A stretch of DNA of 63,821 nt, filler included, from Acidimicrobiia bacterium (GTDB lineage: Bacteria > Actinomycetota > Acidimicrobiia > Spongiisociales > JAENVV01): NCBI GenBank assembly GCA_041577335.1. It is 3 parts of 3 records of this genome, joined end to end, with 100 filler letters (N's around TTAATTAATTAA, not from the genome) between each part and the next. Parts side by side here need not be neighbours in the genome. Positions count along the whole stretch, not along the records: positions 26,530 to 52,945 come from JBFGJH010000046.1; 2 more parts are not named here. The stretch is one strand, 5' to 3'. Below, in pieces: positions 29,327 to 40,734 of this stretch (its first letter is position 1; every line of letters starts with the position of its first letter). Under the pieces are notes generated by a model. It did no database searches, was not told the origin of the DNA, and saw only the letters and a list, made by a program, of their open reading frames with translations. The translations under genes and the position numbers were made by a program.

Positions 29327-29925
29327 TCGATCGCCCCGAATGTGTTGATGGTTTGTACCACCGGGGAACCCTCTGCGGGCACGTAGACGACGGAAACACT
29401 GGCGGGCGCTACGACCATCCGTTGAAACAGGTCGAGCGGCTGGCCGAGATAGTGGGCGAGAACCATCTTGATGACGTCGGAATGGCTGACGATTGCGGCC
29501 GTCCCCCGGCCTGTCTTCGCCGCTATTCGGTTGCACGCCGACACCGCTCGTAGCTGAACTTCAAGAAAGGACTCACCCTCCGGAAACCTCACCTGAGACG
29601 GATTTGCCACGACCTGTTTGAACAGCTTCAACCGCCGCATCTGGGTGAGTGTCTTGCCTTGCCATGTGCCGAAGTCGACTTCGATGACGCCCGTTTCCCT
29701 GACCGGACGGAGACCATGCGGCTTGGCGATGATCGCGGCGGTCTCCGCGGTTCGGTCGATCGGAGACGTGTAGACCCTGTCGATCTTCACCGATGCCAGG
29801 CGATCTGCGGTCTGGCGGGCGACTTCTTCCCCCTTGGAACCCAACGACACGCCGCCAAGCCGGCCAGTCAGGCGTCTCCCGGTTTCGGGCGTTGGGGCAT
29901 GTCGAATCAGCAGGAGGCGCGCCAT
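29323..29925 (-). CDS. Histidine phosphatase family protein (MSMEG_4193-like)
   Basis: LLLIRHAPT, TSPIDR, EVDFGTWQG, FPEGES, VSHSDVIK, LDLFQR. Confidence 0.9.
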   Translation of the reverse strand: MARLLLIRHAPTPETGRRLTGRLGGVSLGSKGEEVARQTADRLASVKIDRVYTSPIDRTAETAAIIAKPHGLRPVRETGVIEVDFGTWQGKTLTQMRRLKLFKQVVANPSQVRFPEGESFLEVQLRAVSACNRIAAKTGRGTAAIVSHSDVIKMVLAHYLGQPLDLFQRMVVAPASVSVVYVPAEGSPVVQTINTFGAIE

Positions 29926-29936
29926 GACGGATCAGC

Positions 29937-30971
29937 CTAACTCGGCGCTGATGATGCGCGAATGGGCGGTGCGGCTGTGGTCTGGCGAACCACCAGAGAG
30001 GGCTCGAGCACCGTGTGGCGAGCGCGGCCGCGACCACCATCGAGGCGTTCCAGGAGAAACTCGACCGCAAGGCGACCCATCTCGTGCCGCGGCTGATTGA
30101 TCGAGGTGAGCCCGATATGGCGCAACCCCGCCAGCGACGAATTGTCGTAGCCGATAACCGACACGTCGCCGGGGATGGAAAACCCGCGTTCCTCGAGGGC
30201 CGACATTGCTCCTATCGCCGAGAAGTCGTTGGAGGCAAAAACCGCAGTCGGCAGATCGGCGCCGTGATCAAACAACGTCCCAATGCCTGCGGCTCCGCCG
30301 TCCTCGGTGAAATCGCCCGCGGCGGTGCTCATCACTACTCCAGGGCCGGCCTCGGTCATGGTGGCCTCGAAGCCCGCCTTCCGCTGCTGGGAGCTGGGGC
30401 CCTCGGAGCCGGTGAGATGGGCGATCCGCCGGTGCCCGAGCTGGAGCAGGTGCTCGGTCGCCAGCCGAGCCCCTACGAAATCGTCCGTTGTGATCGAATC
30501 GACTCCGGTAACGCCGGTGCGGGCAGCCAACTCGATCACCGGTGTTGACGCCGCCGCGGCGCGAATCGTCTCGGCATCCAGCTGAGTGCCCGCCAGGATG
30601 AGCCCGTCCACCCGATACTGGAGGAACGTGTCGACGGCGGCCGCTTCTCTGCTCGGGACCCGGAAACCGGTATTGAGGAGCGCTCGGTAGCCCTCCTCCG
30701 ACGCAGCGGTGTCGACGCCGTCGACGACGTCGGCGAAAAAGGGATTGTGCAGGTCGGACAGGATCATCCCGATGACGAACGATCGGCCTCTCACCAGGCT
30801 CTTGGCGGCTGCGTTCGGCCGATAGCCGAGCTCGGCTGCCGCAGCCAGGACCGCGGTGGTCCGCTCGGCGCTCACGGAGCCGGTCCCGCTCATCACGAGG
30901 CTCACCAGGGACTTCGAAACGCCCGCCCGCTCGGCTACGTCATTGATGGTGGGTTGTCCCCGCATTCCCAT
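29937..30971 (-). CDS. LacI family transcriptional regulator
   Basis: TINDVAERAGVSKSLVSLV, LGYRPNAAA, LGHRRIAHL, PGDVSVIGYDN. Confidence 0.95.
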   Translation of the reverse strand: MGMRGQPTINDVAERAGVSKSLVSLVMSGTGSVSAERTTAVLAAAAELGYRPNAAAKSLVRGRSFVIGMILSDLHNPFFADVVDGVDTAASEEGYRALLNTGFRVPSREAAAVDTFLQYRVDGLILAGTQLDAETIRAAAASTPVIELAARTGVTGVDSITTDDFVGARLATEHLLQLGHRRIAHLTGSEGPSSQQRKAGFEATMTEAGPGVVMSTAAGDFTEDGGAAGIGTLFDHGADLPTAVFASNDFSAIGAMSALEERGFSIPGDVSVIGYDNSSLAGLRHIGLTSINQPRHEMGRLAVEFLLERLDGGRGRARHTVLEPSLVVRQTTAAPPIRASSAPS

Positions 30972-30997
30972 AGAAGACAAAGTCTACCGGCCGCTTG

Positions 30998-31011
30998 TTG
31001 GAGCGTTCCAA
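30998..31011. promoter_or_regulatory. LacI-type operator in the regulator's own promoter
   Basis: Near-palindrome TTGGAGCGTTCCAA with central CG, just upstream of a minus-strand -10 TAGACT (30981-30986). Confidence 0.75.
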
Positions 31012-31016
31012 GACCT

Positions 31017-31568
31017 CTAGTTGCGTGCCCACTCCTCGACTACCCGGACGGCTTCGCTGGTCAGCTGCATGTCGGGGTGCAGCCGGGAACCACCAACGAC
31101 GCTGACCACCGCCTCGGCAAACTGCTCGGACGGTCGGCGTTCCCATGGCCAGCTCTCGCTGTGCCAATTCGTGCCCGGCCCGTGACCCATGGCGGCAACG
31201 AAGGCGTCGCGAAGCTCGCGGTCGGAGCAGTTGAAGTCGAGGTGGTGACCAAACTCATGCACATAGGTCCGACGGATGCGCGCGCTCGTGTTGGGGACTT
31301 CGATCTCGATATAGTTGTTCTCGTAGAACCCGGCCTCGGGTCCCAGGTCCCAATTGTGGGCGACGGTGACGTCTTCCAGGCAGCCGACCTGGGCAGGAAA
31401 GGCAGCGAGAACATCCGCAAAACTCGAGTCGCCGAGAGCCATGACGTCGCCAGGGGTGCCGTCGCGGTAGTGAACGCGCGGAGGGCTGTCATCGGTGCCG
31501 GTGGCGGTGCCGAACACGGCAAACCCAATGAGGAGGCCCAGCACTGCGAGGGGAATCCAGCGAATCAT
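31017..31568 (-). CDS. Exported zincin-like (HExxH) protein
   Basis: Signal/TM helix, YVHEFGHHLD and downstream EQFAE; ATGA overlap with the SRAP gene. Confidence 0.75.
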   Translation of the reverse strand: MIRWIPLAVLGLLIGFAVFGTATGTDDSPPRVHYRDGTPGDVMALGDSSFADVLAAFPAQVGCLEDVTVAHNWDLGPEAGFYENNYIEIEVPNTSARIRRTYVHEFGHHLDFNCSDRELRDAFVAAMGHGPGTNWHSESWPWERRPSEQFAEAVVSVVGGSRLHPDMQLTSEAVRVVEEWARN

Positions 31569-32236
31569 GAGGCGATCGGCTCCACCAACCTGGCGTCGTT
31601 GTTGCGTACCGAGTTCACGAGAGTCGACACCTTGGTGAGCCGGAGCGAAGGAGGCGGGTTCGCGTCGAGGATGGAGAGCAGCACTCCGGGATCCTGCTCT
31701 TCTTCGTCGAGCCAATCGTCCCACAACAACGGTGCCAGCATCACCGGCATTCGATCGTGGACGTCTTCGACCACCGGAGAGGCGGTGGTCGTGAGGATCG
31801 AGCAGGTGGTCCAACGCTCTTTCGACTCGGGATCGGTCCACCGAGTCCAGATCCCGGCGAAGGCCGTCCTCGAATCCTCCTCCTGGATGAAATAAGGCTG
31901 TTTGGACCCGTCCAGCTGTCGGCGCCACTCGTAGAACCCGTCGGCACCGATGAGGCACCGCCGTCGTGCGAACGATGACCGAAAGGGTGGCTTGTCGGCA
32001 ACCGTTTCGACCCTGGCGTTTATGTGAATGGTGCGCCGGTGCTTGGCGTAGTGGGGGATGAGGCCCCAGTGGAACGATCCCAGCAAGCGTTGCCCCTCGT
32101 GGCCGGCCACCGCATACACCGGATCGGTCGGTGCCACATTCCAGGACGGGGCGAGTGCTTCCGTGCGCACTTCGTCGACGCCGAAGAACTCGGACCACTC
32201 GTCGAGGTCGGATGAGATCACGAACCGCCCACACAT
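31565..32236 (-). CDS. SOS response-associated peptidase (SRAP, YedK/HMCES family)
   Basis: MCGRF, WNVAPT, WGLIP, INARVET, DGFYEW, HDRMPV. Confidence 0.95.
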   Translation of the reverse strand: MCGRFVISSDLDEWSEFFGVDEVRTEALAPSWNVAPTDPVYAVAGHEGQRLLGSFHWGLIPHYAKHRRTIHINARVETVADKPPFRSSFARRRCLIGADGFYEWRRQLDGSKQPYFIQEEDSRTAFAGIWTRWTDPESKERWTTCSILTTTASPVVEDVHDRMPVMLAPLLWDDWLDEEEQDPGVLLSILDANPPPSLRLTKVSTLVNSVRNNDARLVEPIAS

Positions 32237-32287
32237 GGGCCGTAGGGTATCTCCCCTGGACGGCCGTTCCCACTCTTCGCTCGGTCG

Positions 32288-32314
32288 GGAATCAACGGCG
32301 GGGCCGTTCGCGTT
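32288..32314 (+). promoter_or_regulatory. Possible SigH/SigR-type promoter of the patatin gene
   Basis: GGAAT-N18-CGTTG ending 8 nt before ATG 32324. Confidence 0.45.
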
Positions 32315-32323
32315 GTATTGGCC

Positions 32324-33208
32324 ATGACCCCGATCGTCGGAGTGTTCGAAGGTGGTGGTGTGCGAGGGATCGCCCTCGCCGGAGCGGCGGCCGCCACGTT
32401 GGACGCCGGCTATCGGTTCGAACGGGTGGTGGGAACCTCCGCGGGGGCGCTGGTCGGTTCGCTCCTGGCGGCCGGCTATTCGTCACGCGAGCTCCGCGAA
32501 ACGGTCTGCCAGATCGACTGGCCCGGTTTGCTCGATCGTTCGGTCGCCGGCCGGATTCCTGGCGTCGGCAAACACCTATCCGTGTTCTTCGACCAAGGTC
32601 TCTACATCGGCGAGGTCCTCGAACGTACGTGGGACGCCCTTCTGGCCGCCAAGGGCATGCGCAGCTTTGCCGACCTTCCCGGCGTTCTCAGGGTGGTCGT
32701 GACCGATCTTTCGCACACCCGGGGTCTGGTCTTTCCCGATCACCTCGCCGAGGCGGGCTATGCGCTGACCGAATTCTCCGTGGCCCGGGCGGTCCGCATG
32801 TCGGCGTCGGTCCCATTTGTGTTTCACCCGGTCGAGTTCCAGGATCGGGTGACGGGCGAGGTTTCGCTCATGTCCGACGGGGCGATGGCCGCCAACTTCC
32901 CGATTCAAGTGGTTGACCGCCAGGCGGGCCTGCCCGCTGTGGGTTATCGCTTTCGTCCGCTCACGGACCATCCCCATGTTGATATCCGCGGCCCGATCTC
33001 GTTCGCGGCAGCGGTCATCCGGTCGGGAATCGGTGCTCGCGAAGGTCTGCCGGCTCTACAGTCATCGCTGGTTGAGGTTCTGGACATCCCTGCCGAGCGT
33101 GACGGTCTCGACTTCCAGCTCACCGATCGGCAGGCGCGTGCCATGTTCGACGAAGCTCATGCGGCGGTCGCCGAGCAGCTGGCACGGAGCCCGCTCACGG
33201 TCGCATGA
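32324..33208 (+). CDS. Patatin-like phospholipase
   Basis: FEGGGVRG, GTSAG nucleophile, SDGA catalytic Asp. Confidence 0.92.
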   Translation: MTPIVGVFEGGGVRGIALAGAAAATLDAGYRFERVVGTSAGALVGSLLAAGYSSRELRETVCQIDWPGLLDRSVAGRIPGVGKHLSVFFDQGLYIGEVLERTWDALLAAKGMRSFADLPGVLRVVVTDLSHTRGLVFPDHLAEAGYALTEFSVARAVRMSASVPFVFHPVEFQDRVTGEVSLMSDGAMAANFPIQVVDRQAGLPAVGYRFRPLTDHPHVDIRGPISFAAAVIRSGIGAREGLPALQSSLVEVLDIPAERDGLDFQLTDRQARAMFDEAHAAVAEQLARSPLTVA

Positions 33209-34430
33209 CCGTAGTGCCCCCCGGGCGCCGCATCGCCACCATCGCCCAGACGCCAAAGACAGGCCCGAGAGCGAGGATCGGAAACGCCCACCGCCAACCG
33301 ATCGAGCCAGCGATCAAAGGAACTCCGCGAATCGTCACGAGCGTGAGCAAGAACCCAAGAGCAGTCTGCAGCGCCAGCGAGGTTCCCCGCACCTCGGGCT
33401 CGGACTCCTCGGTAGCCATCGTCGAGAACTGAGCCGAGTCGGCGACCACGGTGATGCCCCACACCACGAATACGGGGATCACCAACAGGGCCGCCTGGCC
33501 GAACAAGAATGGCGTGATGAGGGCGCACGCGCCCGAGATTGCCATCGCTCCGCCGGCGATGAGCGGACGCCCGAAACGATCTGCCCACACACCGCCAACC
33601 CATGCCCCGATGCCGCCCGCCGCGATCACGACGAATGTGACCACGCCGATGGAACCGTAGGACACTCCGCCCGCCGCGGCGGATGCGGCCAAGAAGGCCG
33701 CCGTCCACGTCCACATGGCGTACAGCTCCCACATGTGGCCCAAGTAGCCGAACGTCGAGAGGCGATAGCCGCGGTTGCGGACCACTCGACCGATCTGACG
33801 CCACGAGAACGGTGAGGCAGCGGTCTCGAAGGGCCCGTCGGTCACACCGACCCTCATGATGATCGCCGCGGCGACGGCAAGGACCGAGCTGGCGATGACA
33901 ACACCTTGCCACCGTGCTCCCAGACCCCTCACCAGATGCGGAGTTGCGCTCCCCACCGTCAGGGCACCGACCAGCACCCCCAATGCCATTCCCCGGCCAC
34001 GGTCGAACCATCCGGCCATCACCTTCAGCCCCGAGGGGTAGACGCCGGCGAGAGCTACCCCGGTGAGGAAGCGGAGAGCCATTCCCAGCCAGACGGCGTC
34101 CGCCGTCACGGTCAGCAGCCCGAGGTTGGCGGTCGCCCCGGCGATGGCCGCTCCTGCGAACAGCCGGCGACTGGGGATCCGGTCAGCCAGGTTGGTGATC
34201 GCCACCATGAGCGCGCCCACGACAAAACCGATTTGCACTGCCAGCGTGAGCCCGGCCAGCGCTGCCTCGGTGAGTTGCCATTCGTCTTCCAGCTGCGGGG
34301 CAACTGCCGAAGCCGAGAACCACAGCGTCAGTGCCAGCAGCTGGCTCCCGGCGATCACGGCCAGCGCCTTGCGGGGGTGTTCGGCGGCCGGCGAGGCTCC
34401 GGCGGGCGGATCAACGGGCTGCACGGTCAT
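33195..34430 (-). CDS. MFS transporter
   Basis: About 12 TM; LWFSASAV, AGVYPSGLK, GYLGHMWELYAMW, ADSAQFS. Confidence 0.92.
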   Translation of the reverse strand: MTVQPVDPPAGASPAAEHPRKALAVIAGSQLLALTLWFSASAVAPQLEDEWQLTEAALAGLTLAVQIGFVVGALMVAITNLADRIPSRRLFAGAAIAGATANLGLLTVTADAVWLGMALRFLTGVALAGVYPSGLKVMAGWFDRGRGMALGVLVGALTVGSATPHLVRGLGARWQGVVIASSVLAVAAAIIMRVGVTDGPFETAASPFSWRQIGRVVRNRGYRLSTFGYLGHMWELYAMWTWTAAFLAASAAAGGVSYGSIGVVTFVVIAAGGIGAWVGGVWADRFGRPLIAGGAMAISGACALITPFLFGQAALLVIPVFVVWGITVVADSAQFSTMATEESEPEVRGTSLALQTALGFLLTLVTIRGVPLIAGSIGWRWAFPILALGPVFGVWAMVAMRRPGGTTVMRP

Positions 34431-34554
34431 GCCTTTCGTAACGGCGGTCTCCCGGGAGGTAATCCGCTATCCATCGAGCCGACTGTCGGGAAGCCGACCA
34501 TTGTGCGCCGAGTGACCGGGTGTCGCGGTTGATTCCTGGGAAAGGTACTACTTG

Positions 34555-35769
34555 ATGAAAAGACTCGCTCTGTTGCTCTCGCTGTTTCTCATTGCTTCTG
34601 CCTGCGCAACCGCCGCCACCCCCGAAAGTGAGGCTGCGGCGGTCTCGACCGAGCCCGCACCAGCAGCCGAACCGGTGACCGAGGCCGCGGCCAATCCAAC
34701 TCCCGACGAGCCCGGCCAGGTGCCCTCGGCGCTGGATGACCGCAACGACCCTTCGTTCCCCGCTCCTCTCGTCGACGTCAATCAGATCTTCTCCGGTGGG
34801 CCGCCGCCCGACGGGATTCCGCCCATCGACGAGCCGCAATTCATCAGCATCGACGACGCTGAAGCCTGGCTCGAAGACGACGAGCCGGTCGTGTACGTCT
34901 CAATCGACGGCGACAACCGGATCTACCCGGTGCAGATCCTGATCTGGCACGAGATTGTCAACGACACCGTTGCAGGAGTGCCCGTCTCGGTGACGTACTG
35001 TCCGCTGTGCAACTCGGCGGTCACCTATGAACGGACCATCGACGGACAGGTCACCAGCTTCGGCACCAGCGGCAGTCTCTTCAACTCTGCGCTGGTGATG
35101 TACGACCGGCTCACCGAGAGCCAGTGGACCCACTACGACGGCAAAGCTGTGGTCGGGCACCTCGTCGGTGCCGAGCTCGAGCCGGTGCCGAGCCCCCTGC
35201 TGTCTTGGGCCGACGCCAAGGAGCAGTTTCCTGATGGGCAAGTCTTGGACCGGGATCAGACCGGGCATCGCCGGTCATATGGCACCAACCCCTATGCCGG
35301 ATACGACAATCCGACTGGTGTCCCCTTCCTCTTTCGCGGTAACGCAGACGACCGCGCGGAGCTCATGCAGAGGGTCGTCGGCGTGGCGATCGGTGAAGAT
35401 TCCGTGGCCTGGCCGCTCGACGCCTTGCAGGAGGGCTCGGCATCGGCGACCGCTGGCTCGGTAGGCGATACCGACCTGGTGATCTTTTGGAAGTCGGGTC
35501 AGTCCACGGCGCTGGAGACCGATGGAGTTGGCACTGGCCGCGACGTGGGTTCGGTGGGCGTGTTCAAGCCAGAGATCGACGGGCGGGCATTGACCTTCAG
35601 CGCCGGCGAAGGCGTGTTCCGGGACGAGGAAACCGGGTCCACCTGGTCGATAACCGGGGTAGCCGTGGACGGGGGGCTCGCCGGCAGCCAACTCGAGCAG
35701 GTGCCTCACCTGGACAGCTTCTGGTTCGCTTGGAGCAGCTACCAGCCCGATACCGAGCTCGTCGAGTAG
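34555..35769 (+). CDS. DUF3179 domain lipoprotein (Cys form)
   Basis: Lipobox IASAC, GGPPPDGIPPID, WHEIVND, VTYCPLCNS, LVMYDR, FWFAW. Confidence 0.9.
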   Translation: MKRLALLLSLFLIASACATAATPESEAAAVSTEPAPAAEPVTEAAANPTPDEPGQVPSALDDRNDPSFPAPLVDVNQIFSGGPPPDGIPPIDEPQFISIDDAEAWLEDDEPVVYVSIDGDNRIYPVQILIWHEIVNDTVAGVPVSVTYCPLCNSAVTYERTIDGQVTSFGTSGSLFNSALVMYDRLTESQWTHYDGKAVVGHLVGAELEPVPSPLLSWADAKEQFPDGQVLDRDQTGHRRSYGTNPYAGYDNPTGVPFLFRGNADDRAELMQRVVGVAIGEDSVAWPLDALQEGSASATAGSVGDTDLVIFWKSGQSTALETDGVGTGRDVGSVGVFKPEIDGRALTFSAGEGVFRDEETGSTWSITGVAVDGGLAGSQLEQVPHLDSFWFAWSSYQPDTELVE

Positions 35770-35780
35770 GCACCTCCCGA

Positions 35781-35812
35781 AAAACGGAGACGGAGGCCCG
35801 AAGGCCTCCGTC
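35781..35812 (-). terminator. Intrinsic terminator of rnpB (possibly bidirectional)
   Basis: GACGGAGGCC-CGAA-GGCCTCCGTC (35789-35812) with a minus-strand T-run shortly downstream. Confidence 0.75.
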
Positions 35813-35816
35813 ACGC

Positions 35817-36187
35817 TTGCGAGTCCGCCGATAAGCCGGATTCTGTTGAGGGACCGGCCGTGAGGCCGGTGCCCGAAGACAGCCATCCATCTGGGAGTGC
35901 CGTTGCCGACACCCTCGTGCGACCTACCCGAGGCTCATCTGGACGGGCCGCCCGTCGCCTCTGCTTGGTCTTGCTCCGAGTGGGGTTTGCCAAGCCGAAT
36001 CGGTCACCCGATCCGCTGGTGGTCTCTTACACCACCGTTTCACCCTTGCCACCGAAATGGCGGTCTGCTCTCTGTTGCACTTTCCGTCGGCTCACGCCGC
36101 CTGGGAGTTACCCAGCACTCTGCCCTGCGGAGTCCGGACTTTCCTCCGCCGCTGCAAGCAGCGACGGCGACTGTCTGGCGAACTCGC
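35817..36187 (-). ncRNA. rnpB: RNase P RNA (type A)
   Basis: Minus strand GAGGAAAGTCCGGACTCC, AGTGCAACAGA, GGCAAACCCCAC..GGAGCAAG, ACAGAATCCGGCTTA; P1 ends GCGAGTTCGCC/GGCGGACTCGC; -10 TACCAT upstream. Confidence 0.97.
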
Positions 36188-36225
36188 TGCCATGGTACCT
36201 GGGTCGCCGATCGGGCGGAATCCCC

Positions 36226-36594
36226 TTATTCCGGAGAATGTTTTCTGCGGTCGGCGAGCCACCCGCCGGCGCCGCCGAGCGCCAGACCCCCGCCGAGCAG
36301 CGCCAGCAGTGAAGGCACCGACGCAGTGCCACCCGAACTGCTTGCGTAGAGAGATACTCCGCCCGCCATGACGAGACCGGCGAGGGCCCCATGAAACACC
36401 GCTCGCAGAGTCGTTCGTGCTGCTGCATATCCGGCTGCCGGGAGGCCGGCGCCGAGCCCAAGGAGGAGGGCGACTGTCGACGGATCGTCGATCTGGGTGC
36501 TGTTCAACAACGCCCAGGTTGCCACCGAGACAACTGCCGCGACAATCGCGCCAACCGCCACACCCACGATGACGCTAAACCACTGAGTGACCAC
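36226..36594 (-). CDS. Small hypothetical 4-TM membrane protein
   Basis: 122-aa hydrophobic ORF with GAGGGAG RBS immediately after katG. Confidence 0.7.
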   Translation of the reverse strand: MVTQWFSVIVGVAVGAIVAAVVSVATWALLNSTQIDDPSTVALLLGLGAGLPAAGYAAARTTLRAVFHGALAGLVMAGGVSLYASSSGGTASVPSLLALLGGGLALGGAGGWLADRRKHSPE

Positions 36595-36615
36595 AGGTCT
36601 CCCTCGAAGCTGAGA

Positions 36616-38904
<2,289 letters not shown>

Positions 38905-38958
38905 TCAACTCGAACGCCCGGACACTTCCGAAGAGAGCGCGAAGTCTCGGTGAATACG

Positions 38959-38984
38959 AAAAAAAAGGGCCCGCTGGGGGCCCT
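38959..38984 (-). terminator. Intrinsic terminator
   Basis: AGGGCCC/GGGCCCT stem followed by T8 on the minus strand, after the GGCT-like gene. Confidence 0.85.
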
Positions 38985-39005
38985 CCTATGACGGTGGGTT
39001 CTGAT

Positions 39006-39470
39006 CTAGATCAACGGCTCTTCGACGTACTCTTCGATGCCGGCAACCCATCCGGTTGGCAGCGACCAGTGCCGGCCTCCTGAGACGATGCGTTCCATAT
39101 AACTCCGACTGGGCGAAGTGGATAGATCGCTGGTCTCGGCCGCAGCGTGGGTGACGACCGCATGACGCTTGCCTTCGCGGTCGACGGCCTTGAATTCGTG
39201 CGTCTCGTGGCGCCCTTCGTCTGATTCAAAAGCGGTGATTGCCCGGAGGTCAGCGGTGGAGACTCGAAACATGGCTCCCCACACGGTGTTTCCGGGCTCC
39301 GAGACGATCGACGGCAGCGATCCGTCCCAGGCGGTCGTTTCATGGGGAAACACGAGTTTGGTCTCAGGGAGATGCGCAATGAAGGCGAACTCGGCTCCGG
39401 GCGCCACGGCCGAAATGATCGAGGGGTCGATCATCGCCGTATAGGCGAAATAGAGCGTCGAACCTGCCAT
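39006..39470 (-). CDS. Gamma-glutamylcyclotransferase-like protein
   Basis: LYFAYTAMID, TVWGAMFRV, ESDEG, PSRSYMERIVSG; GGAGGAG RBS. Confidence 0.8.
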   Translation of the reverse strand: MAGSTLYFAYTAMIDPSIISAVAPGAEFAFIAHLPETKLVFPHETTAWDGSLPSIVSEPGNTVWGAMFRVSTADLRAITAFESDEGRHETHEFKAVDREGKRHAVVTHAAAETSDLSTSPSRSYMERIVSGGRHWSLPTGWVAGIEEYVEEPLI

Positions 39471-39606
39471 CACTTCTCCTCCGCAGTCATCAATGAGAGG
39501 CCATGGTAGTGCCACGTGGAGTGAACGCCAGGAACCAGGCTGAGACATTTGACATCATCGCCGCCGGCGGGAAACCTGACGGTCCTCCCGGGAAGGCAGA
39601 TCTTCG

Positions 39607-40647
39607 ATGTCCGATTTCGCTTGGGCGCCCGTCTTGGCGCAACTCGCCGCCGGCGGTGACTTGGCCCGGGAGACGGCCGCAGCAGCGATGACTGAGATCA
39701 TGGAGGGACGGGCAACGCCCGCCCAGATCGCCGCATTCGTCGTCGCCCTGCGTATCAAGGGTGAGTCGACGGACGAGATGACCGGGCTCGTGGCGGCAAT
39801 GCGGGATGCATCCGTGAAGGTGGACATCGGGATCGACGTTGTCGATGTGGTGGGCACGGGCGGAGATCGGGCGGGGACGTTCAACATCTCCACGACTGCG
39901 GCCTTCATTGCCGCCGGAGCAGGGGCTTCGGTCGCCAAACATGGTAATCGTTCGGCGTCTTCGCAGTGTGGGTCGGCGGATGTGCTCGAAGCCCTCGGCG
40001 TCGTCATCGATCTCCCGGCAGAGGCAACAGCAACGCTCGTTCGCGAGGAAGGCTTCGGCTTCTTCTTCGCCCGGAGCTACCACCCGGCCATGCGCCATGC
40101 CGGGCCTGTACGCGCCGAGTTGGGCATACCCACCGTGTTCAATTTCCTCGGCCCCCTCACCAATCCGGCTGGTGCCAGGCATTATGCGGTGGGAGTGTCC
40201 GACCCGGCGATGGCCGAAAAGATGATCGGGGTGCTCGCCAATCTCGGCGCCCAAAGCGCCTTCGTCTTCTACGGCGAAGACGGGCTCGACGAACTGACCA
40301 CCACGGGACCGTCGTACATCTATCGGTTGCGGCGCAAGGAGATCACCCACGCCGAATTCACTCCCGAGGATTTCGGAGTTTCCCGCGCCTCACTCGCCGA
40401 CCTACGAGGGGGCGACGCCCGAACCAATGTGGACATCGTCAGATCCATCCTGGGCGGCGAGGCAGGCCCGAAACGGGACATTGCCGTCATCAACGCGGCT
40501 GCCGCCATCGTGGCGTTCGGCGCTGCCGGCGGGTTTGCGGAAGGGATCGAAGCGGCCACGAGTTCCATCGACTCCGGCGCTGCCCAGCGAGTACTGGAAC
40601 AAGTTGCTCGTCGCAGCCAGGACATGGCGGGCACCGATTCAGGGTGA
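39607..40647 (+). CDS. trpD: Anthranilate phosphoribosyltransferase
   Basis: DVVGTGGD, FNISTT, KHGNRSASS, GSADVLE, LGPLTNP, DGLDE. Confidence 0.96.
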   Translation: MSDFAWAPVLAQLAAGGDLARETAAAAMTEIMEGRATPAQIAAFVVALRIKGESTDEMTGLVAAMRDASVKVDIGIDVVDVVGTGGDRAGTFNISTTAAFIAAGAGASVAKHGNRSASSQCGSADVLEALGVVIDLPAEATATLVREEGFGFFFARSYHPAMRHAGPVRAELGIPTVFNFLGPLTNPAGARHYAVGVSDPAMAEKMIGVLANLGAQSAFVFYGEDGLDELTTTGPSYIYRLRRKEITHAEFTPEDFGVSRASLADLRGGDARTNVDIVRSILGGEAGPKRDIAVINAAAAIVAFGAAGGFAEGIEAATSSIDSGAAQRVLEQVARRSQDMAGTDSG

Positions 40648-40666
40648 CGCGCCAAGAGTGGCCCGA

Positions 40667-40726
40667 GTGAACAAATGGGGAACTCGCGGCGCCGAAGTGG
40701 GCATTGGGTGCAGTGGCGAATACACT
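40667..40726 (+). promoter_or_regulatory. OmpR-type direct-repeat box plus -10 element of the selenoprotein gene
   Basis: GTGAAC-AAATG-GGGAAC-TCGC (11-nt period) starting 54 nt before TACACT (40721); same geometry at 47739. Confidence 0.65.
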
Positions 40727-40734
40727 TTCCGCCC

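Noticed and set aside
32324..33208. Patatin as a CBASS/defence effector
   Set aside because: No nucleotidyltransferase or other defence genes nearby.
34555..35769. Second selenoprotein (DUF3179 family includes Sec forms)
   Set aside because: Motif is CPLC with TGT/TGC codons and no in-frame TGA; the peroxiredoxin and both TlpA paralogs are also Cys forms.
35811..36461. Several ORFs over the rnpB region
   Set aside because: Spurious frames on the RNase P RNA gene.
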